Assembly (NCBI GenBank): GCA_030633565.1
Contig: DAOVSH010000003.1
Location: forward strand, 1-45,378
DNA from: Candidatus Cloacimonadota bacterium
GTDB taxonomy: Bacteria > Hydrothermota > E44-bin80
Length of the DNA: 45,378 nucleotides
Direction of reading: 5' to 3'
This document shows positions 36,173-44,550 of the stretch, piece by piece. Below the pieces are notes generated by a model. It did no database searches and was not told the DNA's origin. It saw nothing but the letters and a program-made list of their open reading frames with translations. Every line of letters starts with the position of its first letter. The stretch's first letter is position 1. Made by a program: the position numbers and the translations under genes.

Positions 36173-37090
36173 TTGATTGTGAAGATTGGAGAGGGGGTAA
36201 AGCAATTTCTTGTATATCTGGAAATTGAGAAGCAATTCTCTCCTTATACAAAGAGATCTTACAAGAATGATCTTCTTCAATTCTGTGATTACCTTAAAAG
36301 TGAATTTAAAGTTTTTGATGTTGAAAGGGTTAGTTTTAAGCATATAAGAAACTTTGTTGGGTCTTTAATACGTGGTGGATTTAAAAATTCCTCAGCTGAA
36401 CGGAAATTAGCAGCAATAAAATCATTCTTTTCATTTCTTACTAAGAAGGGATATATCAAGAGTAACCCTGCCCGGTTGGTAAAATCACCAAAAAAAGAAA
36501 TAAGGGTCCCGTCTTTTCTTACCCAAGAAGATGCCAAACGATTGATGAATTTAAATTATGGAAAAAAATTGACAGATGTTAGAAACAGGACAATCCTTGA
36601 ACTGCTTTACGGAACAGGAATGAGAGCACAAGAACTCTGCCAACTTGATATTGATAGTATAAATATTTCACGTGCTACAGTTAAAGTGAAAGGTAAAGGT
36701 GGAAAAGAAAGGATATTACCGCTTGGTGAGGTAGTGTTTTCGGTGATTCAAAATTATTTTAACGTGAGAGAAAGATTGCTCAAGAAAAAAGAGGAGAAAG
36801 CTCTTTTTCTTAATAAATTTGGGAGTAGGTTATCAACAAGAAGTCTCCAGAGAATTGTAAATAGATATATTAAGAAGGTTGCCATGCTTTCAAAAGCAAG
36901 TCCTCATACACTACGTCATACTTTTGCTACACATCTTCTGGAACGTGGCGCGGATATAAGATCTGTTCAGGAACTTCTCGGTCACTCCTCTCTTTCAACA
37001 ACACAGGTATACACTCACATCACTGTAGGTAGGTTGAAAAAGGTCTATATGAAGGCACATCCCCGGGCACAGAAGAGAAAGTTAAAATAG
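36173..37090 (+). CDS. xerC: Tyrosine recombinase XerC
   Basis: ELLYGTGMR, VKGKGGKERI, SPHTLRHTFATHLL, VQELLGHSSLSTTQVYTH, AHPRA; start TTG 36173 or GTG 36179; XerC versus XerD not certain. Confidence 0.88.
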   Translation: MIVKIGEGVKQFLVYLEIEKQFSPYTKRSYKNDLLQFCDYLKSEFKVFDVERVSFKHIRNFVGSLIRGGFKNSSAERKLAAIKSFFSFLTKKGYIKSNPARLVKSPKKEIRVPSFLTQEDAKRLMNLNYGKKLTDVRNRTILELLYGTGMRAQELCQLDIDSINISRATVKVKGKGGKERILPLGEVVFSVIQNYFNVRERLLKKKEEKALFLNKFGSRLSTRSLQRIVNRYIKKVAMLSKASPHTLRHTFATHLLERGADIRSVQELLGHSSLSTTQVYTHITVGRLKKVYMKAHPRAQKRKLK

Positions 37091-37570
37091 GTTTGAGATA
37101 ATATTTTTTCCACCCACAAATCGTTTTCTGTAGTACTCCGACTCAAGTCTGTCCTTCACGATACCTCTTGATGAAGAAGCATGAACGAATTTTCCCCTAC
37201 TTGCATAGATACCAACATGCCGTGGGTTATGGAAAATCACAAGATCTCCTGCAATTAGGTGCTGCTTTTTAACCCAGGTGCCTTTTTCCTCCATATCTTT
37301 AACTGTTCTTGGGAGATCTATTCCAAATTTTTTATAAATGTACTGCACAAAACCCGAACAATCAAAACACGATGGCGAACTTCCACCATAACAGTACTTG
37401 ACTCCTTTATATTTAAGTGCATCTAATACAATACTTATTCTTAAATCCTTTTCTTCTTCGGTAAGTTTGGAATATGGACGTTTGGAACTGAACCTTGCTG
37501 AAGTGCAGTTAATCAATAGAAGAAAGAGAACTGTTACAGGATATTTATATAAACTTCTTAATATTTTCAG
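37082..37570 (-). CDS. NlpC/P60 (C40) peptidase lipoprotein
   Basis: FDCSGFV, GDLVIF, HVGIY, FVHASSSRG; extending the frame to CTG 37570 restores a lipoprotein signal (...VLFLLLINC). Confidence 0.88.
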   Translation of the reverse strand: MKILRSLYKYPVTVLFLLLINCTSARFSSKRPYSKLTEEEKDLRISIVLDALKYKGVKYCYGGSSPSCFDCSGFVQYIYKKFGIDLPRTVKDMEEKGTWVKKQHLIAGDLVIFHNPRHVGIYASRGKFVHASSSRGIVKDRLESEYYRKRFVGGKNIISNLF

Positions 37571-37584
37571 TCGTATTCCTCCAT

Positions 37585-38253
37585 CTATTCTTCGCCTATA
37601 CTTATCAGTGATATACCTGCGTAGATACCAATTCTTCTATCCCCGACATCCAGATTAACAATAGATGAATTTGCATCTATAATATGATAAGAGACCTTAT
37701 TCGGTGAATAGTAAATCTTCACAAACGGCATTATATAGTCAAAGACAGAAAATTGTATGTGTCTTTTAAGGCTGAATCCGATAAAAGGACCATGTCCTGA
37801 GAAATTGTTTCTTGCTTCATAGTTGTCATCAATGATTGTCACATAACATTTTTGGGAGTGGATACCGTATCCTACTTCTACAGTAAAAATATTCTTTTCT
37901 GTGAGAGCAAAATTCATTCTGTTTGTAAGATATATAAACCCGGTTGAAGTAAATAGTGAGATATATTCTGTATCATGAATTGTTTTATACTCATCCTCGA
38001 TTCCTTCTCCAGTCTTAGGAAACGAAAAAAAACCTCCTATTCCAGGATTCACGAATTCTGAGAGGGTGAATCCCGCCATTCCACCAAAAAAGAAGCCCTT
38101 GCCAAATACAGTTCCCCATTCTCCAATTGGTACATTATATCCACCGGAGAGTTCGATGAAAGCACCTCCCTTGAGTTTCTGGCAGGAGAGAAGTGTAAGA
38201 AAGATAAAAATGGGAATTGTATTTTTACGAGTTCTTTTGAGAAATAGATTCAC
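37585..38253 (-). CDS. Hypothetical lipoprotein with outer-membrane beta-strand pattern
   Basis: LLSC lipobox; Gly/aromatic alternating strands (ELSGGYNVPIG, GFFFGGMAGF, VEVGYG, IYAGISL). Confidence 0.6.
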   Translation of the reverse strand: MNLFLKRTRKNTIPIFIFLTLLSCQKLKGGAFIELSGGYNVPIGEWGTVFGKGFFFGGMAGFTLSEFVNPGIGGFFSFPKTGEGIEDEYKTIHDTEYISLFTSTGFIYLTNRMNFALTEKNIFTVEVGYGIHSQKCYVTIIDDNYEARNNFSGHGPFIGFSLKRHIQFSVFDYIMPFVKIYYSPNKVSYHIIDANSSIVNLDVGDRRIGIYAGISLISIGEE

Positions 38254-38299
38254 GTAGGAACCTTTATTTTGAAAAATGAGGATTTAGTGAAACAATATG

Positions 38300-38824
38300 T
38301 CACTCCTTCAATAATAATTCGATTTCCGTTTTAAGTTCTTTTTCCATCCCCGGTGCAAATCCAACATGTTTGTATGCGATTCTATTCTTTTTATCGAAAA
38401 GAATGCTAGTTGGAATACCCTGAACATTATATTTGCTTGCCACAATTTTTGTATCATCGACAAGAATCGGATATTCGATTCCATACTCCTCAGCAAATAA
38501 TTTCAGGCTCGTCTTGTTTTCAATTCCAACTCCCCAGACGACTAGGCCCTCTTCATTATACAGGGAATAGAACTCTTTCAGATGAGGAATTTCGACTTTA
38601 CAGGGCGGACACCAGGTTGCCCAGAAATCAACAAGTACTACCTTTCCCGTTTGTTCACTCAGGGTTCTTTCTACCCCATCAAGGTCAACAAGTGTGAAGT
38701 CAATTGCTGCCTTCCTTGAGATTTCACCCTGATGTGGTGTATTTTGCTGTCCTGAATTCTTACAACTCGTGAGAAAAATAACAGTCAGTAATAAATAGGT
38801 TAATATGATAATTAGTTTTTTCAC
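38300..38824 (-). CDS. TlpA/ResA-like thiol-disulfide oxidoreductase lipoprotein
   Basis: LTSC lipobox; VLVDFWATWCPPCKVEIP; GIPTS. Confidence 0.93.
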   Translation of the reverse strand: MKKLIIILTYLLLTVIFLTSCKNSGQQNTPHQGEISRKAAIDFTLVDLDGVERTLSEQTGKVVLVDFWATWCPPCKVEIPHLKEFYSLYNEEGLVVWGVGIENKTSLKLFAEEYGIEYPILVDDTKIVASKYNVQGIPTSILFDKKNRIAYKHVGFAPGMEKELKTEIELLLKE

Positions 38825-38842
38825 ACATCCTCCTTTTATATA

Positions 38843-39103
38843 TTAATGGTGGGGTTTGATTCCCAGAAGCCTGTCTATCAATGGTTTATTAAAGCCGACA
38901 ACAGGTCTATTATTAATGAGGATGACAGGAACTCCTGTCTGTCCGGTTTTTCTAACGATAGATAGTGCTGATTGTTTATCCTTTGTTACATCGATTTCGG
39001 TAAAATGGATTTTGTGTTCTCTCAGATATTGTTTTGTTCTTCTACACCATGAGCAGGAAGGTGATGAGAAAACGACAACAGTGTTTTTTTTCTTTCCACT
39101 CAT
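38843..39103 (-). CDS. Glutaredoxin-like protein (YruB/NrdH type)
   Basis: CSWC; TGQTGVPVI; VGFN. Confidence 0.92.
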   Translation of the reverse strand: MSGKKKNTVVVFSSPSCSWCRRTKQYLREHKIHFTEIDVTKDKQSALSIVRKTGQTGVPVILINNRPVVGFNKPLIDRLLGIKPHH

Positions 39104-39184
39104 CTTTTTAATTTCCTTTTATTATGGGTATTAATGAAGATATGTGTTGTTTATGTTGTATATCTGGTTTTATTATGGTTGGTT

Positions 39185-40156
39185 TCATGATTTAAGGTTA
39201 TCAATGTAGTGTTGAGCTGAGATTGCTGCTCGTGCACCATCGCTTGCAGCAGTGACTATTTGTCTGAGTACTTTTTTTCGAACATCTCCGGCAGCAAAAA
39301 CCCCGGTCTGCGATGTCTTTAAATGTTCATCTGTTATAATAAATCCATATTCATCGAGTTTAATGGAGTTCTTGTAAAGATCTGTATTTGGCTTTAGTCC
39401 TACCCAGACAAATACTCCCGATACAGGAATATCTTTCCTTTCCCTTGTTGCCCTATTCTCTATAGTAATGGAATCAACAAATTGTTTCCCATTTATTGAA
39501 AGGAGTATCGTATTCAGAAAGAATTCAACATTTTCTCTCGACTTAATCCTCTCCTGGAGAATCTTTTCAGCAGTCATTTGCGGGAGGAATTCAATAATTT
39601 TAATAGATTTTACAAAATTAAGAAGAAATAATCCCTCCTGTATCCCTGAACTCCCTGCGCCGATTACTGCTATGTCCTTATCTTTAAAAAACGGTGCATC
39701 ACATGTAGCGCAGTATGATACACCTTTTCCCTTAAATTTATTTTCTCCAGGTACATTAAGATTTTTCGGGGAAGAACCGGTTGCAATAACGACAGTTTTT
39801 GAATTAAATTCTCCATCGTCTGTTTTTATTTTTTTAATGTCACCTGTGAGCTCTACTGAATTTGTATGGCTTATTAATATATTTGTTTGGAATTTCTCTG
39901 CCTGTTTCTTTATTCGTTCTGTAAGTTCAAACCCTCCTATCCCATCAGGAAAGCCAGGGTAATTTTCTACCTTCTCTGTTGATGCAGCTTCACCACCAAT
40001 CATTTTTTCTTCAATTATCAGTGTCCTTAGTAATGCGCGTCCAGAATAGATTCCAGCGGTAAGACCTGCTGGGCCAGCACCAAATACAATTACATCATAA
40101 TCTTTTTCTAATGATTTTTTGTAAAGGTTCTCACTTTGAAATTTTAAATCAAGCAT
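39185..40156 (-). CDS. trxB: Thioredoxin-disulfide reductase
   Basis: GAGPAGLTA, VENYPGF, GVSYCATCD, GVFAAGDVR, QIVTAASDG. Confidence 0.96.
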   Translation of the reverse strand: MLDLKFQSENLYKKSLEKDYDVIVFGAGPAGLTAGIYSGRALLRTLIIEEKMIGGEAASTEKVENYPGFPDGIGGFELTERIKKQAEKFQTNILISHTNSVELTGDIKKIKTDDGEFNSKTVVIATGSSPKNLNVPGENKFKGKGVSYCATCDAPFFKDKDIAVIGAGSSGIQEGLFLLNFVKSIKIIEFLPQMTAEKILQERIKSRENVEFFLNTILLSINGKQFVDSITIENRATRERKDIPVSGVFVWVGLKPNTDLYKNSIKLDEYGFIITDEHLKTSQTGVFAAGDVRKKVLRQIVTAASDGARAAISAQHYIDNLKS

Positions 40157-40165
40157 AGATAATCC

Positions 40166-40822
40166 TTAAGCTATCCCCTTTATGAGTTCTTCGAAAAAGC
40201 GGTCTTCTTTGAATGTCCCTTCAAAGGAGTGCTTTTTATTTATCACTGTTTTTGGCACAGATATAACATTAAATTCCTTTGAAAGTTCAGGAAATTCATT
40301 TGCCTCAACCACAGTTCCTATTATATTTTCATTTATACACGCAAGTTTATAAGCAATTGTTGCTGCACGTGGACAGTGGGGACAGGATGGTGTTACAAAA
40401 ACAAGTATTTCTATTTTCTCTTTTAATAGAGATGATTTCTCTCTTAAGACTTTTGATATTTCGATGTTTCCTCGCCCAACCATTGTAATTGAGTTGATGA
40501 GAGTGCTAAATTCGTAACCGCTTGGAATACCATAGTATCTGAGTCCCATGTCAGTATCTGATTGAATTACTATAGCAGGAGGAGCCATGATATTGTAATT
40601 TTGAACGACATCCTTATCTTTTTCAAAATTAAAAAGTTGAAGATTAATATTTGGAGACAATTCGTTTATTTCATACAGGATTGTTTTAGCTGAAAGACAG
40701 AAATCAATGTTTGTTGATTCTGAATTAAAATATAAAATATTAACGGAATTATCGAAACTGCTGAAGTGTTCTTTCAGATAGTTTGAATTTTCTCCATTGA
40801 TGAGACCTATCTCTTCCTCCAC
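40166..40822 (-). CDS. Protein disulfide oxidoreductase (PDO/AhpF-N-like, two thioredoxin folds)
   Basis: RYYGIPSGYEFSTLI, FVTPSCPHCP, VEANEFPELS, SVPKTVIN; start GTG 40822 or ATA 40810. Confidence 0.9.
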   Translation of the reverse strand: MEEEIGLINGENSNYLKEHFSSFDNSVNILYFNSESTNIDFCLSAKTILYEINELSPNINLQLFNFEKDKDVVQNYNIMAPPAIVIQSDTDMGLRYYGIPSGYEFSTLINSITMVGRGNIEISKVLREKSSLLKEKIEILVFVTPSCPHCPRAATIAYKLACINENIIGTVVEANEFPELSKEFNVISVPKTVINKKHSFEGTFKEDRFFEELIKGIA

Positions 40823-40861
40823 TTTTTTAATTTAGCTCAGAAGGTTCAATTCATATAAAAT

Positions 40862-40890
40862 AATATAACCTTAAAGTTTTCTCTTGTCAA
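40862..40890 (-). promoter_or_regulatory. sigma70 promoter of the thioredoxin operon
   Basis: Minus strand TTGACA-N17-TATATT. Confidence 0.65.
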
Positions 40891-41057
40891 GTTTTTTATG
40901 TGATCTTTGAATTTGGGGAAAAATTTTAAATATTATTTATATTATAATTCTTTTTTTGAAAAAAGTTTCATAGATTTTTCTTGCAAAAGCTTATCTTATA
41001 ATATATATTTATAATGACTTTATAATATCGATTTAAAAGGAGAGAGAGTGTATTATT

Positions 41058-41882
41058 ATGGAGAATTATGAATTCAAAATGAAACGGCGCTTCTTACGGC
41101 CGCAATTCTCAGGTGCTGTTAGAGGGGTGATTATTATCAATATAGTAGCCTCTCTAATTCAGCTGATACTTGGAAGGTTAGATCCCATCCTTTTTTCAAA
41201 GCTAAATTCCCTATTTGGTCTCGTTCCTCATCTCGTTGTCACGAAATTCTATGTCTGGCAGCTATTTACATATATGTTCCTTCATGGTAACTTTTTTCAT
41301 CTATTTTTCAATATGTTTATACTCTGGATGTTTGGTTCAGAACTCGAATCTATATGGGGAAAGAACGAATTTATTAAGTATTATTTCATTACTGGAATAG
41401 GTGCAGGAATTGTTTATGTAATTGCTCAGCATAACTCTGTCATTCCTACTATTGGAGCATCTGGCGCAATATTCGGACTTCTCCTTGCATTCGGACTAAC
41501 ATTTCCCAATAGATATATCTATCTATATTTTTTTCTTCCAATTAAGGCAAAGTTTCTTGTTCTCATTTTTGGAATTATTGAGTTTATTGCAGCCTTCAGT
41601 GGTTCAAGAGACAATATTGCTCACTTTGCTCATCTTGGGGGGTTGCTTGTTGGTTTTCTTTATTTGAAATTTATAAAGACGAGAGGAGGTATATGGAGAA
41701 AATTTATTTTTGTAAATAGAAGAGATAAAGATAAGGATATCGATGCAGTAATTGACGATACCGACTTTGAGGATAAGGTAAATGCTGTCCTTAGAAAACT
41801 GTCGAAGGTTGGACTTGATGGTCTTAGTTCTTATGAGAAAAATATATTAGAGGAAGCAAGAAAAAGATATAAAGACAGGTAA
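41058..41882 (+). CDS. Rhomboid family intramembrane serine protease
   Basis: WQLFTYMFLH, HLFFNM, GASGA, AHFAHLGG; C-terminal KLSKVGLDGLSSYEK tail. Confidence 0.95.
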   Translation: MENYEFKMKRRFLRPQFSGAVRGVIIINIVASLIQLILGRLDPILFSKLNSLFGLVPHLVVTKFYVWQLFTYMFLHGNFFHLFFNMFILWMFGSELESIWGKNEFIKYYFITGIGAGIVYVIAQHNSVIPTIGASGAIFGLLLAFGLTFPNRYIYLYFFLPIKAKFLVLIFGIIEFIAAFSGSRDNIAHFAHLGGLLVGFLYLKFIKTRGGIWRKFIFVNRRDKDKDIDAVIDDTDFEDKVNAVLRKLSKVGLDGLSSYEKNILEEARKRYKDR

Positions 41883-42013
41883 TGAACAAAAAATTCAAAT
41901 GCAAAGATCCAAATGACGAAAAAAACAACAGTGTTAAAATGTAAAATAATGTGAGAATGAGGGAGTGGAATTCGCTACTTTAGTTTAAAATTTTGAAATT
42001 TTTAATTACCGTG

Positions 42014-43111
42014 TTATGACGTGATTATTGGCATTAAGAGATAAGTTAGTTCTTGATCCTTCTTCTTTTTGTGTGTAATAATGACAGCTGTTTTTGGTGT
42101 ATTTATATAAAATTCTATGGTTTTTTCATCGAGATTTCTTAGTATCTCAGAGAGATATGAAGCATTGAAATTTACTGTTATAGATTTATCACTGAATACA
42201 CATGGAAGGTTTTCTTCGCCTGAGCCAAGTTCTGTCTCAGTGTAAATCCTTACAGTCTCGGGTTCAATATCAAAACTAACAAGATGGCTTGTACTGTCAG
42301 CGTATATTGAAACCCTTTTAAGGACATTTAAAAGATCTTCCCTCGAGATTTTCAATACTTTTTTATTATTTTTTGGTATAACTTGTTGGTAGTCGGGAAA
42401 AATCTCTTCAATTAGTCTTGCGATAATTGTCGTATCCTTGAGATAAAATCTTATCTTCGTATCATCAAATTTTATATCTATATCAATCTCTTCATCGCTT
42501 ATGTATCCAATTAAGGTTCTTAAGGCTTTTGGAGGAATATTTACCTTTATAGTTTCTTTTATCTCAAGAAGGCATTTATAGAAAGCAAGTTTTCTTCCGT
42601 CCGTAGCAACCATATTGGCTTCATTGTTAGCAATATGCCAGTGTATGCCTGAAAGAGCCCTTCTTCCGGGCTCCTTTGATGCTGCGAAAGTGGTTTTTAG
42701 AACAGAATTTCTCAGCAAACCTGAAGGAAAGGAAAATTGGTTTTTCCCCGATATTTGAGGGATTTCGGGATATTCATCAGTTGGTATGGCAGGCATTTTA
42801 TATACACCTTTATCATATCGTAGCTCAACGAAATCATTAACAACCTTTATCTCTATTGTGCAGGGTGGCAGATCCCTCACAGTTTCGAGGAATCGTCTTC
42901 CTGGAACAGTAATACTTCCTTCTTCAACTACATCTGTTTGGAGAGTACTATCAAGGGAAATATCAAGGTCTGTTGCACTGAGACAAACGTATTTCTTTTC
43001 AGCAATAATCTTGATATTACCGAGAACAATCAGTGTTGTTCTTTGCGGAAGAATACTTGCAACCAACTGCAGCTTTTCCAGAAGAACATCCTTATCTACC
43101 TTGAAATACAT
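42014..43111 (-). CDS. dnaN: DNA polymerase III beta clamp
   Basis: SATDLDI, VATDGRKLA, ARLIEEIFPDYQQVIP, FNASYL, YLLMPI. Confidence 0.96.
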   Translation of the reverse strand: MYFKVDKDVLLEKLQLVASILPQRTTLIVLGNIKIIAEKKYVCLSATDLDISLDSTLQTDVVEEGSITVPGRRFLETVRDLPPCTIEIKVVNDFVELRYDKGVYKMPAIPTDEYPEIPQISGKNQFSFPSGLLRNSVLKTTFAASKEPGRRALSGIHWHIANNEANMVATDGRKLAFYKCLLEIKETIKVNIPPKALRTLIGYISDEEIDIDIKFDDTKIRFYLKDTTIIARLIEEIFPDYQQVIPKNNKKVLKISREDLLNVLKRVSIYADSTSHLVSFDIEPETVRIYTETELGSGEENLPCVFSDKSITVNFNASYLSEILRNLDEKTIEFYINTPKTAVIITHKKKKDQELTYLLMPIITS

Positions 43112-43177
43112 TCTTCCCTCCTTCTCTTGTTTTCTTTTTAAATTAATACTTGTTTATAATCTAGATTAAACAACCAT

Positions 43178-43206
43178 ATCTTATATTAAGATAATTCTCT
43201 TGTCAA
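43178..43206 (-). promoter_or_regulatory. sigma70 promoter of dnaN
   Basis: Minus strand TTGACA-N17-TAAGAT. Confidence 0.65.
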
Positions 43207-43249
43207 GAAAAAAAGAGGGCAATTTTGGTTAATCCAAAGATGAAAGATG

Positions 43250-43339
43250 AGATTGCTTCAACAGTGAATATGTAAGTTTATTCGCAATGACCCCGTACAA
43301 TCACAATGGGAGCAAGTAAATCCTGGGTGATCTACGGGG
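43250..43339 (-). repeat. GTCATTGCGA...GAAGCAATCT repeat copy 2 (43250-43291) abutting a CCCCGTA...TACGGGG hairpin (43291-43339)
   Basis: 37/42 match to 2210-2251; CCCCGTA-ca-ATCAC...GTGAT-c-TACGGGG stem. Confidence 0.8.
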
Positions 43340-43458
43340 CAAGCAAGGACAAGTGCAAGACCAATTCCTACAATTGGAAGGTGAGGTAAGAGAAGAGTTA
43401 GAAAATTAAAAGAAAAATCGTACTTGTTTTTTACAAAAATTCGTGATATATATTAGTT

Positions 43459-44550
43459 ATGAAACAACAGATATATGAAGCGGATAGTAAGGGTCTGGAA
43501 AAAGCACTTTCTGTTTTGCAGAGAGGAGGAATTATTGTTTTCCCAACAGACACAGTTTATGGTATTGGATGTGATGCTGAAGACAATAAAGCAATTGCAA
43601 GGATATTTAAGGTAAAGGGAAGAAAAAGAACAAAGCCGCTTATTATGTTTCTCTCCCATAAAAAACTAATACCAGATTATGCAAGTAAAATTACCAAAAT
43701 GAGAAAGCGAATCTATGAGCGCTTTTCCCCGAGTGCAATGACATTTATTATGCAGGCAAAGAGGAATGTTCCAAGCGGATTACTAAGTAAAGAGGAGACA
43801 ATCAGTATAAGAATCCCAGACAATAACTTTTGTAAAAAGCTTCTAATGCAGTTTAAGAAGCCGTTAGCAACTACCAGTGCGAATATTTCGGGAGAAAAAC
43901 CATCAGTAAGGTATGAGTCTATCGATCTTAATGTAGATGTAATTATACGGGATGATTCTGTTCTGTCTGGAATTCCATCGACGGTTATTGATCTATCGCG
44001 GTATCCTTTTATTCTTCGAAGAAAAGGTTCCATTAGCATATTTACAATTGAACGATATATTCCTACAAGGGTTAGAATTGATAAATCCATTGTTTTCAAT
44101 GTTCTTTTTGTCTGTACAGGAAACAGTTGCAGAAGTCCTATTGCAGAAGGGATATTGCGGAAAGAGTTGAAGGAGAGGGGGTTAAAAAATATAAGTGTTT
44201 CTTCATGTGGAATATGTGCCGGAGATGGGTATCCTTCAACAAAAGAAGCAGTTCTTGCTGCAAAAGAACGGGGATACGACATACGGATGCACCGTTCACG
44301 CTGCATTAATAGAGAAATAGTCGACAATTCGGACGTTATTTTCTGTATGGAGAGTTTACATAAAAAGGAGGTATGTAAATCCCTTCCCGGATGCGAAGAT
44401 AGGGTTTTCCTTCTCTCAGAGTTATACGGAAAATATAAAGAGATAGATGATCCTATTGGAGGTGGTTTAATCGTTTACCGAAAGGTTACAAGGGAAATGG
44501 AGAGATATGTGAGAAGGATAGCAGACGAACTTCAGCTGAGAAATATCTAA
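43459..44550 (+). CDS. Sua5/TsaC L-threonylcarbamoyladenylate synthase fused to a low-molecular-weight protein phosphatase
   Basis: FPTDTVYGIG, KGR...KPL, ISIRIP, TTSANISG, PSTVID; then LFVCTGNSCRSPIAEG and IDDPIGG. Confidence 0.92.
   Translation: MKQQIYEADSKGLEKALSVLQRGGIIVFPTDTVYGIGCDAEDNKAIARIFKVKGRKRTKPLIMFLSHKKLIPDYASKITKMRKRIYERFSPSAMTFIMQAKRNVPSGLLSKEETISIRIPDNNFCKKLLMQFKKPLATTSANISGEKPSVRYESIDLNVDVIIRDDSVLSGIPSTVIDLSRYPFILRRKGSISIFTIERYIPTRVRIDKSIVFNVLFVCTGNSCRSPIAEGILRKELKERGLKNISVSSCGICAGDGYPSTKEAVLAAKERGYDIRMHRSRCINREIVDNSDVIFCMESLHKKEVCKSLPGCEDRVFLLSELYGKYKEIDDPIGGGLIVYRKVTREMERYVRRIADELQLRNI

Noticed and set aside
36173-37090. Tyrosine recombinase as integron or phage integrase
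   Set aside because: XerC/D-type motifs and size, no IntI insertion, no attC array or phage genes
38300-40822. Selenocysteine recoding in the thiol-redox genes
   Set aside because: All active-site motifs are encoded by Cys codons; no in-frame TGA at catalytic positions
43112-43458. oriC in the spacer upstream of dnaN
   Set aside because: No TTATCCACA-type box cluster seen and dnaA is absent; the spacer is explained by promoters and repeats
162-44327. Numerous short antisense or frame-shifted ORFs in the ORF track (e.g. 22147-22665, 39468-39962, 43713-44327)
   Set aside because: They overlap well-supported genes and have no motifs or RBS; consistent with codon shadows
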